From contig JBEUKZ010000112.1 of NCBI GenBank assembly GCA_048128005.1, positions 496,001 through 560,000 on the forward strand: a stretch of DNA of 64,000 bases, in the 5' to 3' direction. This document shows, piece by piece, positions 37,341-51,820 of the stretch. A program made the position numbers and the translations under genes. Below the pieces are notes generated by a model. The model searched no databases. It worked only from the letters and a program-made list of their open reading frames with translations, and was not told the origin of the DNA. Each line of letters opens with the position of its first letter. Position 1 is the first letter of the stretch. The DNA is from Veleropilina oligotropha (taxonomy: Eukaryota).

Positions 37341-38385
37341 TACGGTCTCAATCCGATCTGACGGACAATATGACTTCTATTATTGTAAGCGGTAGAATGA
37401 GCCGCCGCTGACCTCGAACCCGAGACCAACTAACAACTTCTGTTGAGTATCTGACGCGCTTCGGTCGAGGCCGCTGTTGTTAAAAAGGAATATTAATCAT
37501 CGATTCAAACCACACCAAACATGTCCAACTTTCAACTTCATTTACGGCAAATGACAATGAACAATCAGCATTTATATATCTGACACGTGGTATTTTATCA
37601 CCACAGCATCATGGGATGTGCATTCATGGCATTACACATGAGATATCTGCGACAATGCCAATTATAATATGATGACTGAGGATTTATTTTTCTTAATTAA
37701 TATCTCAATCTGGACTCTAGTCAAAACCCAATTTTACTCCTCATTTGATTTTGTATAATTGAACGCCAATGACTTATAGTCAGCAATATAACTGAAAGCT
37801 TCAATGACAATTATTACCTTTCAAAGTTTCCATTAACATGCCCAAACACTGGCCATAGTAAATGCTGTCAAAATTTCTTATACGATAATTATTATATTAT
37901 ATAGACAGAATAAGTTTATACAATGCTGACACCTTCTTAGACTTGACATTTTAAAATGTTAATCATTCAGTCTGCAAACACAAGCCCCATTACTTGCACT
38001 ATTCCAAATAATTGCTTTTCTCGTGTGCATATACGTCACAGTCAGTCGGTGCATGAACAAAATCAATTAGTCGGCGAATATTTGATCAAAGCCAGAGTTC
38101 AAATTGAACTAAGGTAAGGGAGACGATTTAACCTTCGGTTTAGCATGACAGCTAGGTCTAATTGTTTGGAGAATGTTATGCTAATATGACCTCGCATGTG
38201 GAATGAATATAATGTAATAGTTTAAAATACAATCAGTTATAATCATTTTCAGTCCCAAAAGTAAGTGAAATCTTTTTCAAATATCAATCTTTGGGACCAT
38301 GAACAATATTTTCACCATTTATAATCATGTTTATGTATTTATAATGAAACATATTCTGGAGACTAAATCTATCACTGCAATAATA

Positions 38386-39480
38386 ACTAGAGGATTTGTT
38401 TTTGTGTGAACAAAAACATACGTCTCCCCTTGTAAGAGAAATCAGTCCATATTGAGACCCTCATGAAGTTTGGAAAGTCACGAACTGGAAGAGTGTAAAT
38501 ATATTTGACGAAATGGATGGATTTATGCAAATGTCCTGAATATTTACACCCTACACGTTCAAGGCATGGAAACCTATGAAGATGACAAGAATTTTAGTAG
38601 GTCAAAGGTCATTACGGCAAGGTCAGAGGTCATTTTCGAAATATTATGCCTCCTTGCACAATGGCACATTAAGGGAAGATAACATATCACAGGAAATCAT
38701 GCTGGCATGTATAGGACCTGAGATCTAGCCCGGACAAGGAGTGTATCAGGAAAGTACATTTTGACCTCTGTGACCTTGACCTTTGACCGAACAACAAAAT
38801 TGAACATTGTTATATAATGTACTCACCCTCATGTAGGAATATGACGAAAATTAATTAAGGAAACAAAATATGAAAATTCCAAATATGGAATCAGGAAAGT
38901 ACATTTTGACCTCTGTGACCTTGACCTTTGACCGAACAACAAAACTGAACATTGATATTTAATGTACTCACCCACAGGGGAAAAGTTGGCGAAAAATAAT
39001 TCAGAAAACAATAAAATATGAAAATGCCAAGTCGCAGTGCCAAGGTCAAAAGTGCAAAATTTTAGTACCCTGCACATGCTTCAAGTGTGGGCCATGCATC
39101 TTCAAAGAAATTAGAAGGATATGATTTGACATCACCGACATCCAGGCCGGACACAATTTCGAGGTCAAAAGTCATCAGGTCAAGGTCGAAGGCCGTTTCC
39201 GCAAAGTTTGCCGAAAAGCACAATGGCAAGATAGGGCGGTTTAACATACCAAAGGACATCATGCTGGCCTGTCGAGGACCTGAGATGTAGCCCGGATAAG
39301 GTGTGTGTTAGAGAAAGTACATTTTGACATCTATGACCTTGACCTTTGACCGAACAACAAAATTGAACATTGTTAAATAATGTACTCACCCTGAGGAATA
39401 AATTTGGTGAAAAAAATTAAGAAAATAAAATATAAAATATACAATATGTCTCTCCCATCCTTCGGATGGGGAGACATAAT
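38386..39480 (-). mobile_element. HINE-like element
   Basis: ACTAG end with hairpin tgtttttgt..acaaaaaca, subterminal IR ta(c/t)gtctcccc, terminal hairpin gtctctcccatccttcggatggggagac, and internal repeats containing tgaccttgacctttgacc. Confidence 0.75.
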
Positions 39481-41781
39481 AATTACACACACAATATTCA
39501 CAAGATATTAAATTATAACTGTAAACTATCTCGATCTGTGTAATGCAGTGGTGGGATTATCTCCCCTAGTAACACTAAATTATAGATGCAAAAGACGGCA
39601 AATTCTACATAGAGGGAAAGATATTTGTCACTTTCTTACTTTTATTTTATAGTAGTTTTCTTGTATTTTTACTCTTAGGGTATTTTCTGGCTTATTTAAT
39701 TTGTAGATTAATTATATAAGATACAAAACAAGATTAGCCTGTTATGCTACATTCTTCATGGCTGAAGAGCAGCAATTCTTATGTCATGAAAATAAAACTG
39801 CACATTCACAATGTCAGATAGTTACCTTTGCGGAAGTTACCTCTGTCACTGTTTAATCCACCCTCATCAATTCTTACTAGACAACAATAGCAACGAAGTG
39901 ACTCTATCATATTAAGTACCCATTTAATACATGTTGACATGTCCACTCTAAGCTTGGTATAAAGTTTAAAAAATATCAACATCAAAGGGTGTGAAATGCT
40001 ATGCCCTTATTTTTAAATCAAAACAGCAAATAAAAAAGCCATCTGCATTACAAATATTCATATAGCTAGCTAGAGCACCGGATGTTTTGCTTGTTTCTTT
40101 GATGTTTATGGTCCCACCGTAATATATCTATGGTCATATTAAGACATGTCCATTATATATTATCAAGAGAGGAAAGCCAGGAGTATCCAATGAAATCCAC
40201 CCACTTTGGCCAGCTATAGACAACTGTGATTGTTAACTCTATAAGTGCTGAACAGAGGATTGGAATCCACTTAACTCCTTGAAGTTCAGCAGTCAGGCGA
40301 TTTTCATAGGGGATAGGACTCTCCTCCAGCGACAATATGGACATGTCGTCTGAGATATGACCCAGAAGGTTGGTCATGTAATGGGGTATTTAAAGCATCG
40401 AGACATAACAAACATAAACTCTTATCTGATTAAAGGAAGAATAAACTTTTTCGAACACACTAGAGATAATAGCACTTGAATCTGACTCATGGATGTAGAT
40501 CTGACATGACATCATTGATCAAGAATTTCATTGCTATCCGGTATGGTAATGATCCGATCATGTTACTGATACTAGAGTTTATCTCGCTTGAAAACAATTC
40601 CCAAAGACCGAGGGGGTCGCTAGGTAGTAAAAATAACTTTCCTCTGCTATTCACCATGTTAGGGCCATTTGATAATAATTAATTAATCTCCACATAAAAA
40701 TATTTCAAAGGCGACAATCATAATGCAATGAAAATAATCGATAACCAAACGTACCAATGACATCGTTTCATGAATACTGATAAACTACAGTAATTACCAT
40801 ATATGGTATTTACTGATGCTATTAAAAAATTGACAACATGGATTAACCAAGCATCAAATTAAATTTCTACGGATATCTTAACATTACTACTGAAGGCCTA
40901 CATAATCAACAGGCTTTTCGCTTCCCATATAGTTGTTTTAACAGCATTACATATTTCGGAATCAATGTTATTACAAAACCAATGGTTATATAATTTACAA
41001 TCACAATCCGAACAGGTACTTCATTTAGATATATTCATTGGTGCCTAAGATGAATTACAGTAACATAGTGCTACAAACCGAAAGTTCACAAAACTTTCAA
41101 AGTCTACACTGTTTCAGGGATAAAGTGCATTCCAACTTCACCTTTTCTTTTACCTTAGTTTGCTCCACATGTACTGCAGCATGCTTCACTGTTTGATTAC
41201 CGCGACATTAGTAACTCCATCGCATACTTCTGGACAATGGTGATGCGTATGTTCCTGGCTACTAAAGCATTTACGATGAAATTCCACAAATCTTCTTACC
41301 ATCATTCTAACAATGCAGCCTCATTTTGAAGCCAAAAGAAGCGATGGGTTTTCTTGTCGACCAAAGTCCACACGGTTTAACAAATTCTTCTGTAAAGCCA
41401 TTAGGCAAACAGAGTCACTACTGGATTGGAAGTATTTGCACCCGGTTCCAGGGGAATTACATCAATACATTTGTTGGCGATTGAATATATGTTTACGCAG
41501 GCAGCTAACAATCTAGGCACTTCATTTGCACGCAGTAATAGTCAAACAATGCTCAGTTGTGGTCTTTTCTTCTCCGAGTAAAGATTAGATCTATGGGTAG
41601 GCTCTAACTCACATTAACGGCCTGTTAGCTAACCGTGACTGGACACAGATATCCTTCAGAAATTGGGAAAAAGGGTGGTAATGGGACGTATAAGAGCTGC
41701 CTGATCAGTATTGATCTGAATGTTAATTGTACGGCAAATATTGGAAACATTATTTGTACGCAAGTTATGACACCAACACTG

Positions 41782-42217
41782 AAATAACATGTGTATGAAC
41801 AAGAAAGGCAACCAATGCCAGAATAACAGGTGTATGAACAAGAAAGGCAACCAACGCCAAAATAACAAGTGTATGAACAAGAAAGGCAACCAACGCCAAA
41901 ATAACAGGTGTATGAACAAGAAAGGCAACCAACGCCAAAATAGCAGGTGCATGAACAAGAAAGGCAACCAATGCCAGAATAACAGGTGTATGAACAAGAA
42001 AGGCAACCAACGCCAAAATAACAGGTGTATGAACAAGAAAGGCAACCAACGCCAAAATAACAGGTGTATGAACAAGGCAACCAACGCCAAAATAACAGGT
42101 GTATGAACAAGGCAACCAACGCCAGAATAACAGGTGTATGAACAAGAAAGGCAACCAACGCCAAAATAACAGGTGTATGAACAAGAAAGGCAACCAATGC
42201 CAAAATAACAGGTGTAT
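41782..42217. repeat. 39-bp x~11 minisatellite
   Basis: aacaagaaaggcaaccaacgccaaaataacaggtgtatg, with two 34-bp variants. Confidence 0.95.
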
Positions 42218-44788
42218 GGTCACCAACAATGAAATATTAACATGACTTGAAACTTACCAATGTTGCGGTATCCATAATTGTAAGGGTTTAAACAAAACAT
42301 TTCATGACCAGATTTATGACTTAAAATGGTGTAATTTGAATGTCATTATGTGTCACTAAAAATAATTTCACTACAATCTGATGGACTACAAGCATGTGAA
42401 TTCCTCTCCTTATTAATTTTTAAAAAACTTCTCAGATAAGACATCTTGTCCAGTTTCATAAAACCCTTTTTCTAATCACTCATGAATGAAGCAATAATAA
42501 TTTGATTTCAGCGATTGCGATACGAAACTTGCCCCCCTCGAAGAGTCTATAGTAAGAGTATCGGGTGTCACAATTAGGAATTTCCTGAACCTCAGAAACC
42601 CCCTAGTTTGTTCGAACACAATTAGGATCCAGTTGACAAATAGGATCAAATTTTAATTGGCTCGAAAGAATAGACTGTATGACCGGAGGTGGGAAGTTAT
42701 GTTCAATTGATGCATTGTGGGGCAGACAATGGTCTTACAATGACCGCTACTTGTGATTCTAAGGTGTTCATGTGCATGCTGAAGAGAATTCACATCTGCC
42801 GCAGAGCCAAGCAGGTACACAGTATCTTGTGTTATATGGACATGCTACGGAACAATAACGACAATGCTGAAGGGCTTGGTTCTCACCGAAATCGCTGACT
42901 AAATCAGGAAACCTTGCCATTAAATCATAACAAATTACTCTTCTCACTTAGAGACCAATACCAGTATGTATTTGCTTTTAGTCACCATTGACAATAGTGA
43001 TTTTGTGAAAGTCTGCATGATTTTCACAAAAAAATTAGCAATTACATTTTGTACTTCCCACAATTCAGTACACATGCAGATCATGTTTACTCAAATGTGT
43101 GTAGTAACTGCATTAATGTCAAATAACTTTCATGCAAAATTTCCTGGATGAGGAGATTTGGATCACCACCCCAATCTAATCATTTGGTTCTTACTCCAAG
43201 GCCATAACCCATTTACAAAATTTCACCAAGATCTGTCATTTACCTTTAGTTACTCCTGCTGACAATATAACTTAATTCATTGGAGGAGGTAATTAAGCTA
43301 TATTTTATAACCAACTTCATTGCTGTATAACTTCCTGTGAATGCTGACATAGACCATTCGCAGTTGATTACAATGACCTGACCATTCAACAGAACATAGT
43401 CATTTCAACTCTTTTCAAAATGAATCTGTCAATTCTTTTTATTGTGATATTTCACATCTCCACACAAACAATAATCAAGCATTTGAAATGCAAGAACAAC
43501 ATTTCACAAGTGTTAAGTTCCACTTACAACCGAATTATGAAAACAGTGCTAAACAGGGCAAACAAAACTGTTGACTCATCGCTTAAAACTCAAATTCACA
43601 CCACAGTGCAATAAATACAAGTGTAAACTTTCAGCAGATCTGTAAATGAAGGAAATTTGCTCAGATATCGGCAAACAAAAATGACCTTAGCTTGACCAGC
43701 GATAGCGAAACACATAATTATCAGCGTATACTTTGCGGGATGAAACGATAACAGCATGCATAAACACAACCTCAAGACGCGGGATTGGCGAGTTATCCAA
43801 ACAGGACATATAAAGCTAACGTTTTAAGGTGACAAATATAAACAAGAGCTTGATTAATAAATGGGTAGGTTAAGATGGCATGAGCACAAATTAATTGACC
43901 CGTAGAGAATTCCTTATCAAAATCAGGCATTACTTCAGTAATATGTCATATAAGAAAACCATCACACTCTAAATTGTGGAGGTTATTTTCCTGCTAAACA
44001 TCAAGCCCTTGTCTGTTGTGAGAGGATATCATACAAGATTCAAGATCTGACAAAATTCATACATCTATGTTGACCACTACAATATCTCAGGATTTTTATT
44101 ATGAGTTCACATTCTTTTCCAGTAAAATTTTGGAATATGATGATTAAGTTTAGAATACAGAATTCAGGATGCAGAATCATTGATCAATTCATGATTCAAA
44201 CCATCAGGTCACTGTTGGGAACGGTGAAAAGCATAACGTTATGTTAGTGCCTCCCGATCGGTCCACCCAGTCCATATGAATGATGCTCCATGTTTATATT
44301 GACTGCAATGATCTCAAAAACAGTCGGATGGAATCTATCAAGATGGAGAACAAACATTCTTCACAAACGTTTCTATATATGCCCCTATGTTATGCAATAA
44401 AACGTTACAAAAATGAAAAGGTCTCAGAAGTTAATGCCCAATAAAATAACAGCATTACCGGTACTGAGGAATAATAACAACAATAATCACCATCATATAA
44501 ATATTATCAATCTCCAAGGAACTAAACAAAAAAGTTTCCATAACTCTAGATTTCGATACAAAACTCAAAATAGCTGTTCCAGCAACTTATTGGAGAATGG
44601 TTGATATCACTATGGGTACACATAACTTGAACTGAAGAGATCAAACACGGGTATTAAAAGACATGAGAGATTATCTGGTAATCTTTACCAGCATCCTTAA
44701 ATCCCTGTGTCCAACAAAAGATGCTTGACCACAGAAATATTTCAAGCACATGCTCAGCATGGCATGACCTCGTTTTCATGTTTTCTAC

Positions 44789-45304
44789 GGCACATGTACA
44801 TGGATGTCAGTGTTCATCCAAGGTTGTCTGTCATCCGTCGCTGATACGAGTACATGTACATGGATGTCAGTGTTCATCCAAGGTTGCCTGTCATCCGTCG
44901 CTGATACGAGGACATGTACATGGATGTCAGTGTTCATCCAAGGTTGTCTGTCATCCGTCGCTGATACGAGTACATGTACATGGATGTCAGAGTTCATCCA
45001 AGGTTGCCTGTCATCCGTCGCTGATACGAGTACATGTACATGGATGTCAGTGTTCATCCAAGGTTGCCTGTCATCCGTCGCTGATACGAGTACATGTACA
45101 TGGATGTCAGTGTTCATCCAAGGTTGCCTGTCATCCGTCGCTGATACGAGTACATGTACATGGATGTCAGTGTTCATCCAAGGTTGCCTGTCATCCGTCG
45201 CTGATACGAGTACATGTACATGGATGTCAGGGCACATGTACATGGATTTCAGTGTTCATCCAAGGTTGTCTGTCATCCTTCGCTGATACGAGTACATGTA
45301 CATG
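44789..45304. repeat. 60-bp x~8.5 minisatellite
   Basis: tacatgtacatggatgtcagtgttcatccaaggttgcctgtcatccgtcgctgatacgag. Confidence 0.97.
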
Positions 45305-45691
45305 ATATGGTTATAAATCTGTAATCAGGACCATGTACGGGTATAGAGTACTATCCATTCATGAAATGACCATGACTGTCCATGGCATAAAACATAGATA
45401 AATTATGCATACTATATCCATAAGTGAAGATACCATGATTGTCTGAGGTCATGAAACAAGGATAAATCATAAAAGTGTACTAACCAGCCATGACGTGACA
45501 TGATTGTCTGTGGTCATTAAATGCAACTCTTTCCTTTTGTTCCAGAACACTAGAAAATTTATCTTGTGAAAATGTACATAGAACATAAAAAAAATACATT
45601 AACGTCAAACCACATAAAAGTATTAAACAAATACAACACATTATTTGACCTGGTATGCCAAACTATTGCCATATATGCAATTTCGTAGAAA

Positions 45692-45959
45692 GAGGAGGAG
45701 GAGGAATGATGCTTAATGTCCTGTATATTTACAACATCGAGGTTCAAGGCAGGACATGTCCGTGTTATCGCGGGAGGAAACCCCGGTCACCCGGGTTAAC
45801 CCGCCCTCTTCGGCCAGTCACGGACAACTGTGATTCATAACTTGAACAAATTTCAATGCCTCAGCCAGGTATTGAACCCACTACTGTTCGCATTAGCGGA
45901 ATCAAGCCATGTGAATTTAGAGTGGACACTCTTACCCACTGCGCTGCCGAAGCGGCCCC
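45692..45959 (-). mobile_element. SINE family A copy inserted at the tail of an older copy
   Basis: Same consensus, with TSD cgtagaaa (45684-45691 / 45960-45967). Confidence 0.85.
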
Positions 45960-45967
45960 CGTAGAAA

Positions 45968-46230
45968 AAGGAAAGGATCGATGCTTAATTTCCTGTATAT
46001 TTCCAACCATCATTTGGTTCAAAGCAGGGCATGTCCATATTATTGTGGGAGGAAAGCCCGGTCGCCCGGTGTAAACCCGCCCTCTCCAGTTACGGACAAC
46101 TGTGATTCATAACTGGAACAAATGTGTGATGCCCTTGCCGAGGTTTGAACCCATTACTGTTCACGTTAGCAGAATCAAGCAAGTGAATTTCGGAGTCTGC
46201 GACCGAACCCACACGGCTGTCGAAGCAGCC
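45968..46230 (-). mobile_element. SINE family A, older copy
   Basis: Diverged match to the family A consensus over its full length. Confidence 0.75.
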
Positions 46231-48433
46231 TCAATTTCTTACAAAAAGTATATATGTAAAATATCATATCCAAATTCTTCATGGGCTACAGCAAGTTCCT
46301 GCAGTCCGACCAATAAACCTCTTCTTGCTAAGTATGTTCATCATTGCTGACGCAATACTGCAATGCATAAAACTTCAGATTGCGGATCAGAAACCAGTAA
46401 TCATTTTATGTGGTAATCGTTGGAAAATGACCTGGGATAACTGAGTGTTGGGACAAATTAATCATTTCACATCTTCATACATTTGGCATAATTAAACACA
46501 ACGATGCTTTCCAAAGATTTATTTATAACAGTAATATCATTTTGTGGTGTGCTGGCACAAAATACATTGCACATTGCTTGCATAACAATTAGAAAGGAGA
46601 AACAGTTATATGTGGTCTAGTCGCTGATCTATTGTTTGAAAGAACAAAGTCAATACCTTATATTATCGCCACGGCACCATTTAGCTTCTTCATCTTACAT
46701 GACTTGTATGTTATTTGTATGGTTAATTGAGATTAGTGTCAATAAATTCCTGTATGTGACATGGAAAACAATCTTAAATCTGCAAGTACACCCGCTATGT
46801 CTGACTGATCAGTTTTGCGACCAACTAGCCTGTTTGCTCTTTGTAATGGCATTTGAGAATGCTTGACAGTTATTTCTAACGGAGAGTTGCTATGTCCTTT
46901 CCACAAAGCTGAGTGAGTATTGGCGCTAAGAAATTTGTTTTGGCAATTCACTTGGCGAAAGTTAATCAGAGGTGTAGACGCAGCCACATTGATGTTAAAC
47001 AGACCTGGCCAACATTGTTTCTCTCCAAATATAATATACATAGATGACAGAAGTTCGTTGTTTGTTAGCATTGGTGTAAAATGTATCACAGGCAAACAGT
47101 GCTAATGGCGTAATACTCAAATCATGTTGTCTTCATTAGACTTGGAGAAGAATTTGTGGGTGAGGCTTATTTGCTAAAAGATTGACATATGGATAGAAAT
47201 CATAAACGCTTGCACAACCTGCATAACTGTGGCGACAAATTAAATGAATCAATGATAGGGTAACGAGTTACTTCAGACACCGTGGTCGCTAAGTGATCAT
47301 GTGGATAAGAGATTAACACCAAATTAACTCGCCAGCCTGCTCGGCTTCATATGAGTGTTGTCAAATCCTGGGCTCGATAATTTATGGTGCTATCAGTCAC
47401 AGTTGTCTATAACGGTGCGTTTCACCGGATAATCATGCAGGTCATGTTTGAACATGACCAGAGCAGTTAAAATGGGAAACTCATACACACAAGCTAGAGG
47501 CAGCGATCGTGAATGCCCACTTATACATGCAGGTGATCTTGAAAAAGGATATAAATATAGAGGTGTAGCATTCTGACTTACGTTGCGGAGAATGGACGGA
47601 TATACAGACAATCTAAACGCTGTATGCCCTGCCGACTTTATTCACAGGGACTAAAAATTGTGCCACAATTATCCCCCAATACACATCTCTGTTGTTGTCA
47701 ATTGCGCAATAAGAATCCTTAATTCGGACGTGATGAAATTATTGTTATGATACATGACACAATATTACTCATATGGAGGAAAAGATGCAGTTGACAGCTA
47801 ATTGTATCTTTTTTGGAGATATTGTCTTGGAAAAAGGTGCGAGTCATGACCACTTTTAGGTGAAATGGTTGAAATTCCTGATAATTTAATTTAAATATTT
47901 TAATAAAATACCGGTAAACATGTCATTGAGTACATGTAGTGCATATCATCAAGTAGATCTTATGACATGTCACCAGGAAAAAATGAAAGAGTGGAGCTTA
48001 ATTAATGAGACAAGTTCATGATGCATGAACAGATAACAGTTATCACATGATAACAGGACGCAGGAGCCTGTACCCATTAACCAGAGACTACAATCTCAGA
48101 TAGCGTGATACAAGTGCAAATAAATGGATGACTGCATACATCAGAGTCAATGTTTTTCTCAGCATCGCAATAAACTTTACTATAATTAAAACTTGGTGAA
48201 AGCCGCAACTCTTTCTATACAAATAACATGTATATGTTTTCAGAAATTAACGTGAATTGGTCAATTATCTCATTTATTATGAGTGAGATGCAGAGAAATG
48301 GTTGGTTGGCAACTTTGTGTTACGACAAATTCGAAATTTTTTAGCCTGAACTCAGTCGGGACACCATGTTTAATTAAGGACACTCTCCGATCTGAACGAC
48401 ATACATTAGGGATATGCCATCTATTAATTCATG

Positions 48434-48527
48434 CGTTAGAATAAGCCGCCAGCTGGTCTCGAACCCGGGCCCTCCTGACAGTCTCGGATGAGTGTGTGAC
48501 GCGCTATCCACTCACCCGCCGAAGCAG
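48434..48527 (-). mobile_element. tRNA-like SINE head, family C (related copies ~37392-37475 and ~15895-15995)
   Basis: Shared gttagaataagcc motif next to a reverse B-box (tctcgaacc) and a reverse A-box (gctatccactca). Confidence 0.55.
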
Positions 48528-48699
48528 TTAGAGAAATAACTATTACATATATTACCATATAAATGTTCATATATTACCTGTAGACATGTTTTAAACAGAT
48601 CTTTCCACCTGTTAACCTCCTGTGAAAGGAAGAAACCATCAAGCACTCTACCCCTCCCCCATCAATATTAAACATGTACACGATTAAGTGCAGACCTAC

Positions 48700-48848
48700 C
48701 TCCAGATGGTGAAGGTCAGAGTACGGAACGCGGAGTAGACGAGCTGGGCGGCTTCGCTGAGCAGGTGACAGTCGACATCGTTGATGCTGATGATCACGTC
48801 CCCCACCTGCAGGGTCCCGTTGCGGGCGGCTTTACCACCCGACTCGAT
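48700..48848 (-). CDS. Coding exon 2 of the PDZ (Shroom-like) gene
   Basis: Acceptor tttccccgcag|, then IESGGKAARNGTLQVGDVIISINDVDCHLLSEAAQLVYSAFRTLTFTIWR, then donor AG|gtaggt (phase 2). Joins exon 1 in frame to complete a PDZ domain. Resembles the Shroom PDZ as recalled (EEGGKA...LQAGD...EAVSLVKGSYKTLRLVVRR). Confidence 0.85.
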
Positions 48849-48877
48849 CTGCGGGGAAACACGGAAATATGTTAAAG

Positions 48878-49352
48878 ATGACAATGAATTAATGTTTAAG
48901 GACCACGCCAACATAATTTCAGTTATAAATCACGTCAATCAACTTTGAATGATGAAATGAATTAATTGGTGCTGTGTGCAATGGAGGCAGCGATCATGGG
49001 AAAAATCCCCGGCACTCCAGGGGCTTGAACCAGTGACGTCCCGTTAGTAGACCGGCACCGTATACCCACTCGGTCATTCAGCCCTCGAAAGGTGTTACAA
49101 AGAGACAGGCAACAACATCGTATACCCATTTGTGGGCAGAAGGTATGGATCATGGATGAACTGACGTCTAATGACCATGCCAATGGTATTTCGGTCCTAT
49201 ATCTGGTAAACAAACTTCGAATGATGAAATAAATTGTGTGCAACGGCTATATGATGATCATGGGGACGATCCCTGGCAATCCTAGGGTTTGATTACGTTA
49301 GACCTTCAGCTTTATAGACCAGACCTGCATCAACTCAGCCTGGAGCTACCCC
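48878..49352 (-). mobile_element. SINE family B, two adjacent copies
   Basis: Shares tgtttaa.gaccacgccaac...tcaatcaactttgaatgatgaaat...gtgtgcaatggaggcagcgatcatggg with 53925-54305, with a tRNA-like head on minus. Confidence 0.65.
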
Positions 49353-51389
49353 CTGTATAGAACGGTTTGGTTTGATTTGATCCTGACAACAAGATATTTC
49401 ATGCACATATTTCATCTGTAAGCTATAATTGCGATATTCAAACATTTTACATATATATATGCATTTAGGTATACAGTATTGTTATCTCTGAATTTAATAT
49501 GTTTATGAATTACGGTATACATATCCATGCCCACAAAACATGCAATTACATCACAACTAGCTTTTTCTATATCTAAGATTGTTTACCTTTTCCTGCGTTT
49601 GTTCAATATCCGAAACTGATAACTTCTTAAATCGTATAAAGGAGATTATCATTCCTCCTGACTACGCATATTGCTCAGATCTACTTTATTTTAAGTGACG
49701 CTACTTCTACATATGCTGCAATATATCAGAAAATGCAGCTCTCAAGAATCAACACCTTTTCCTATGTGAATAAGTGTGCAAGAGGTGAGAATTCTTGTTA
49801 CAAAAAATTACACCCATTCAAGATGGAATGTGGTCAACTGTGAATGTCTGATGAGGTGAACTCTGTCCAAACAAGGGAAACCAACTCTAATGAGACAATA
49901 CCAACAACGGCAGGAGTCAGGATGCATGTACTCACAGCGCCAGAACCAACAAATTGTTGATTTTTGTCCTGCCATGAACCCCTGCGCCCGGTCAAACGTG
50001 GTCAATTATTCAACAGGTTGTCAACGCAGACTGACCTCTCTGGAGAAAGATACATGCATATTTAAAGCATTCACCATAAATTAATTTCTCGATTGTAATA
50101 AGTTGACTTCTGGTTAACTGTAGGATGTTGCATTCAAGTATATTATCTCACTTGAAAACTAATATAAACTTGCATACATGATCATTGTGCTTCTTGAAAA
50201 ACAAGCTAGTAAGCTGATCAGAGTTATTTCCCTTGTACAGATTTTTATATCACTTTAGGCTACCACAATATATGTTCCATTTTAACCTGGCTATCAAAAA
50301 TGTGAACAACAAACCCCGCTTCTGCACATTACAGTTACATGTGACAAACGAAATATGCAAATTGCCATATGGATCAAATGAACAGTTTGTATTACCAGTA
50401 TGGTGCATCCAGTACATAAGCAGGAGAGAATGTTACTACATGTACCTATCCAAATCAATACATGTATAAGAGTCATTAAAATGTAAGTCATGGTGTGGAT
50501 TGAGATTTATTATAATGTCCTAGTAAGTAGACCATCGAAAATCAGATTTAGATAAAAAAATAATTTGGTTACTAAGGGTCATTTCGGGACATGTCCATAA
50601 ATTCTGGAAGAAAAGTTCAGCATGTTTGGTAAAAAGCACCCATCAAACATTTATTATGGTCCACTGTGAAAAAGACGAAAACATATTTTATGCAAACCGT
50701 TTAAACCAAGCAGGCTTATGCTGTGACGTAACCAGGCATACGCACAAAGGCTCGTGCCTACAAATAATTTTATGGTAAATTGCTGCATTTATTTTTGCGG
50801 TGAAATAATGGCAAAAAACATCGCATTTTGTATTCAGTTCTGATTGCCAAAAATTTCCTTTGCGTGGGACCAGCACCCCACGTGATCAGTTGATAGTATA
50901 TTGACAACCATATTTACAATCATTGACTCGTTGCCTGAAAGATTGCCCGCTCATCAGTCAGCTACTGATTAATTCGCTTTTATCAGTGTATTGATATCAT
51001 CTACTAACAAAGCTAACAGTATCGGCCTTTGTTATGGTTGACTTGGTCACACATTGATTGTAATTCCAGCAAAGAAAACATGCATACAGTTACAGTTTGA
51101 TGAGTGTAACTGTAAACAAAATATTCAATAATTTTGTTGCATTAATTGCATGATGTGAAAAGATGAAATCTGCTTCAATATAAGTCATAAGTTGCTGGTT
51201 ATGGAACTTGGCAAAAATAGTCTTGTAGCAAACATCTTTGCCAAGATTTGTGAAGAGTGGTTTTCATATAATTCAAGGGGCATAACTCTGGTTCAACAAG
51301 GCCGACCTAGCTGCATGGTTATCAAAATTTCTCAAATCTCCGTGAAATTATTATAGTTATTATCACGGACGGCCAGTACCAATGGTGCT

Positions 51390-51660
51390 AGCCCGCTTCG
51401 GTAGCGCAGTGGGTAGAGTGTCCACTCTACATTCACTGGCTTGTTTCCGCTGACGCGAACAGTAGTGGGATCGACCCCCGGCTGAGGCAGCACACATTTG
51501 TTCAAGTTATGAAGCACAGTTGTCCGTGACTGGCCGAAGAGGGCGGGTTTACCCGGGCGACCGGGGTTTCCTCCCGCGATAACACGGACATGTCCTGCCT
51601 TGAACCTCGATGTTGTAAATATACAGGACATTAAGCATAATTCCTCCTCCTTCCTCCTCC
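51390..51660 (+). mobile_element. tRNA-derived SINE family A, young copy
   Basis: A-box-like cggtagcgcagtgg, B-box-like gggatcgacccc, central cccgggcgaccggggtttcctccc (V-domain-like), CCT-repeat tail, and a 12-bp TSD accaatggtgct (51378-51389 / 51661-51672). Confidence 0.88.
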
Positions 51661-51729
51661 ACCAATGGTGCTGCGGCTAATACACTGACGAGCTCTGCCA
51701 ACAAGGTTCGTATTCAGATCACCTGGGTG

Positions 51730-51820
51730 AACACACTGAACAGGGGGCACATCATATTATATAACACACTGAACAGGGGGCACATCATATTATATAACAC
51801 ACTGAACAGGGGGCACATAT
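51730..51820. repeat. 34-bp x~2.5 tandem repeat
   Basis: aacacactgaacagggggcacatcatattatat. Confidence 0.85.

Noticed and set aside
6054..39480. Apparent same-strand bias of HINE-like elements
   Set aside because: Only four clear copies, and a related fragment near 18430-18580 appears to be in the opposite orientation.
40153..40377. 74-aa ORF as a candidate exon
   Set aside because: Overlaps a degenerate family A SINE core (cacagttgtctatagctggcc...ggacatgtc on minus).
41625..42229. Hydrophobic or Cys-rich repeat ORFs
   Set aside because: 39-bp minisatellite open in several frames, with no splice or codon support.
44721..45305. 150-194 aa repeat ORFs
   Set aside because: 60-bp minisatellite.
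51390..51490. tRNA gene
   Set aside because: tRNA-like head of a SINE: over-long A-B spacing, continues into core and tail, flanked by a TSD.
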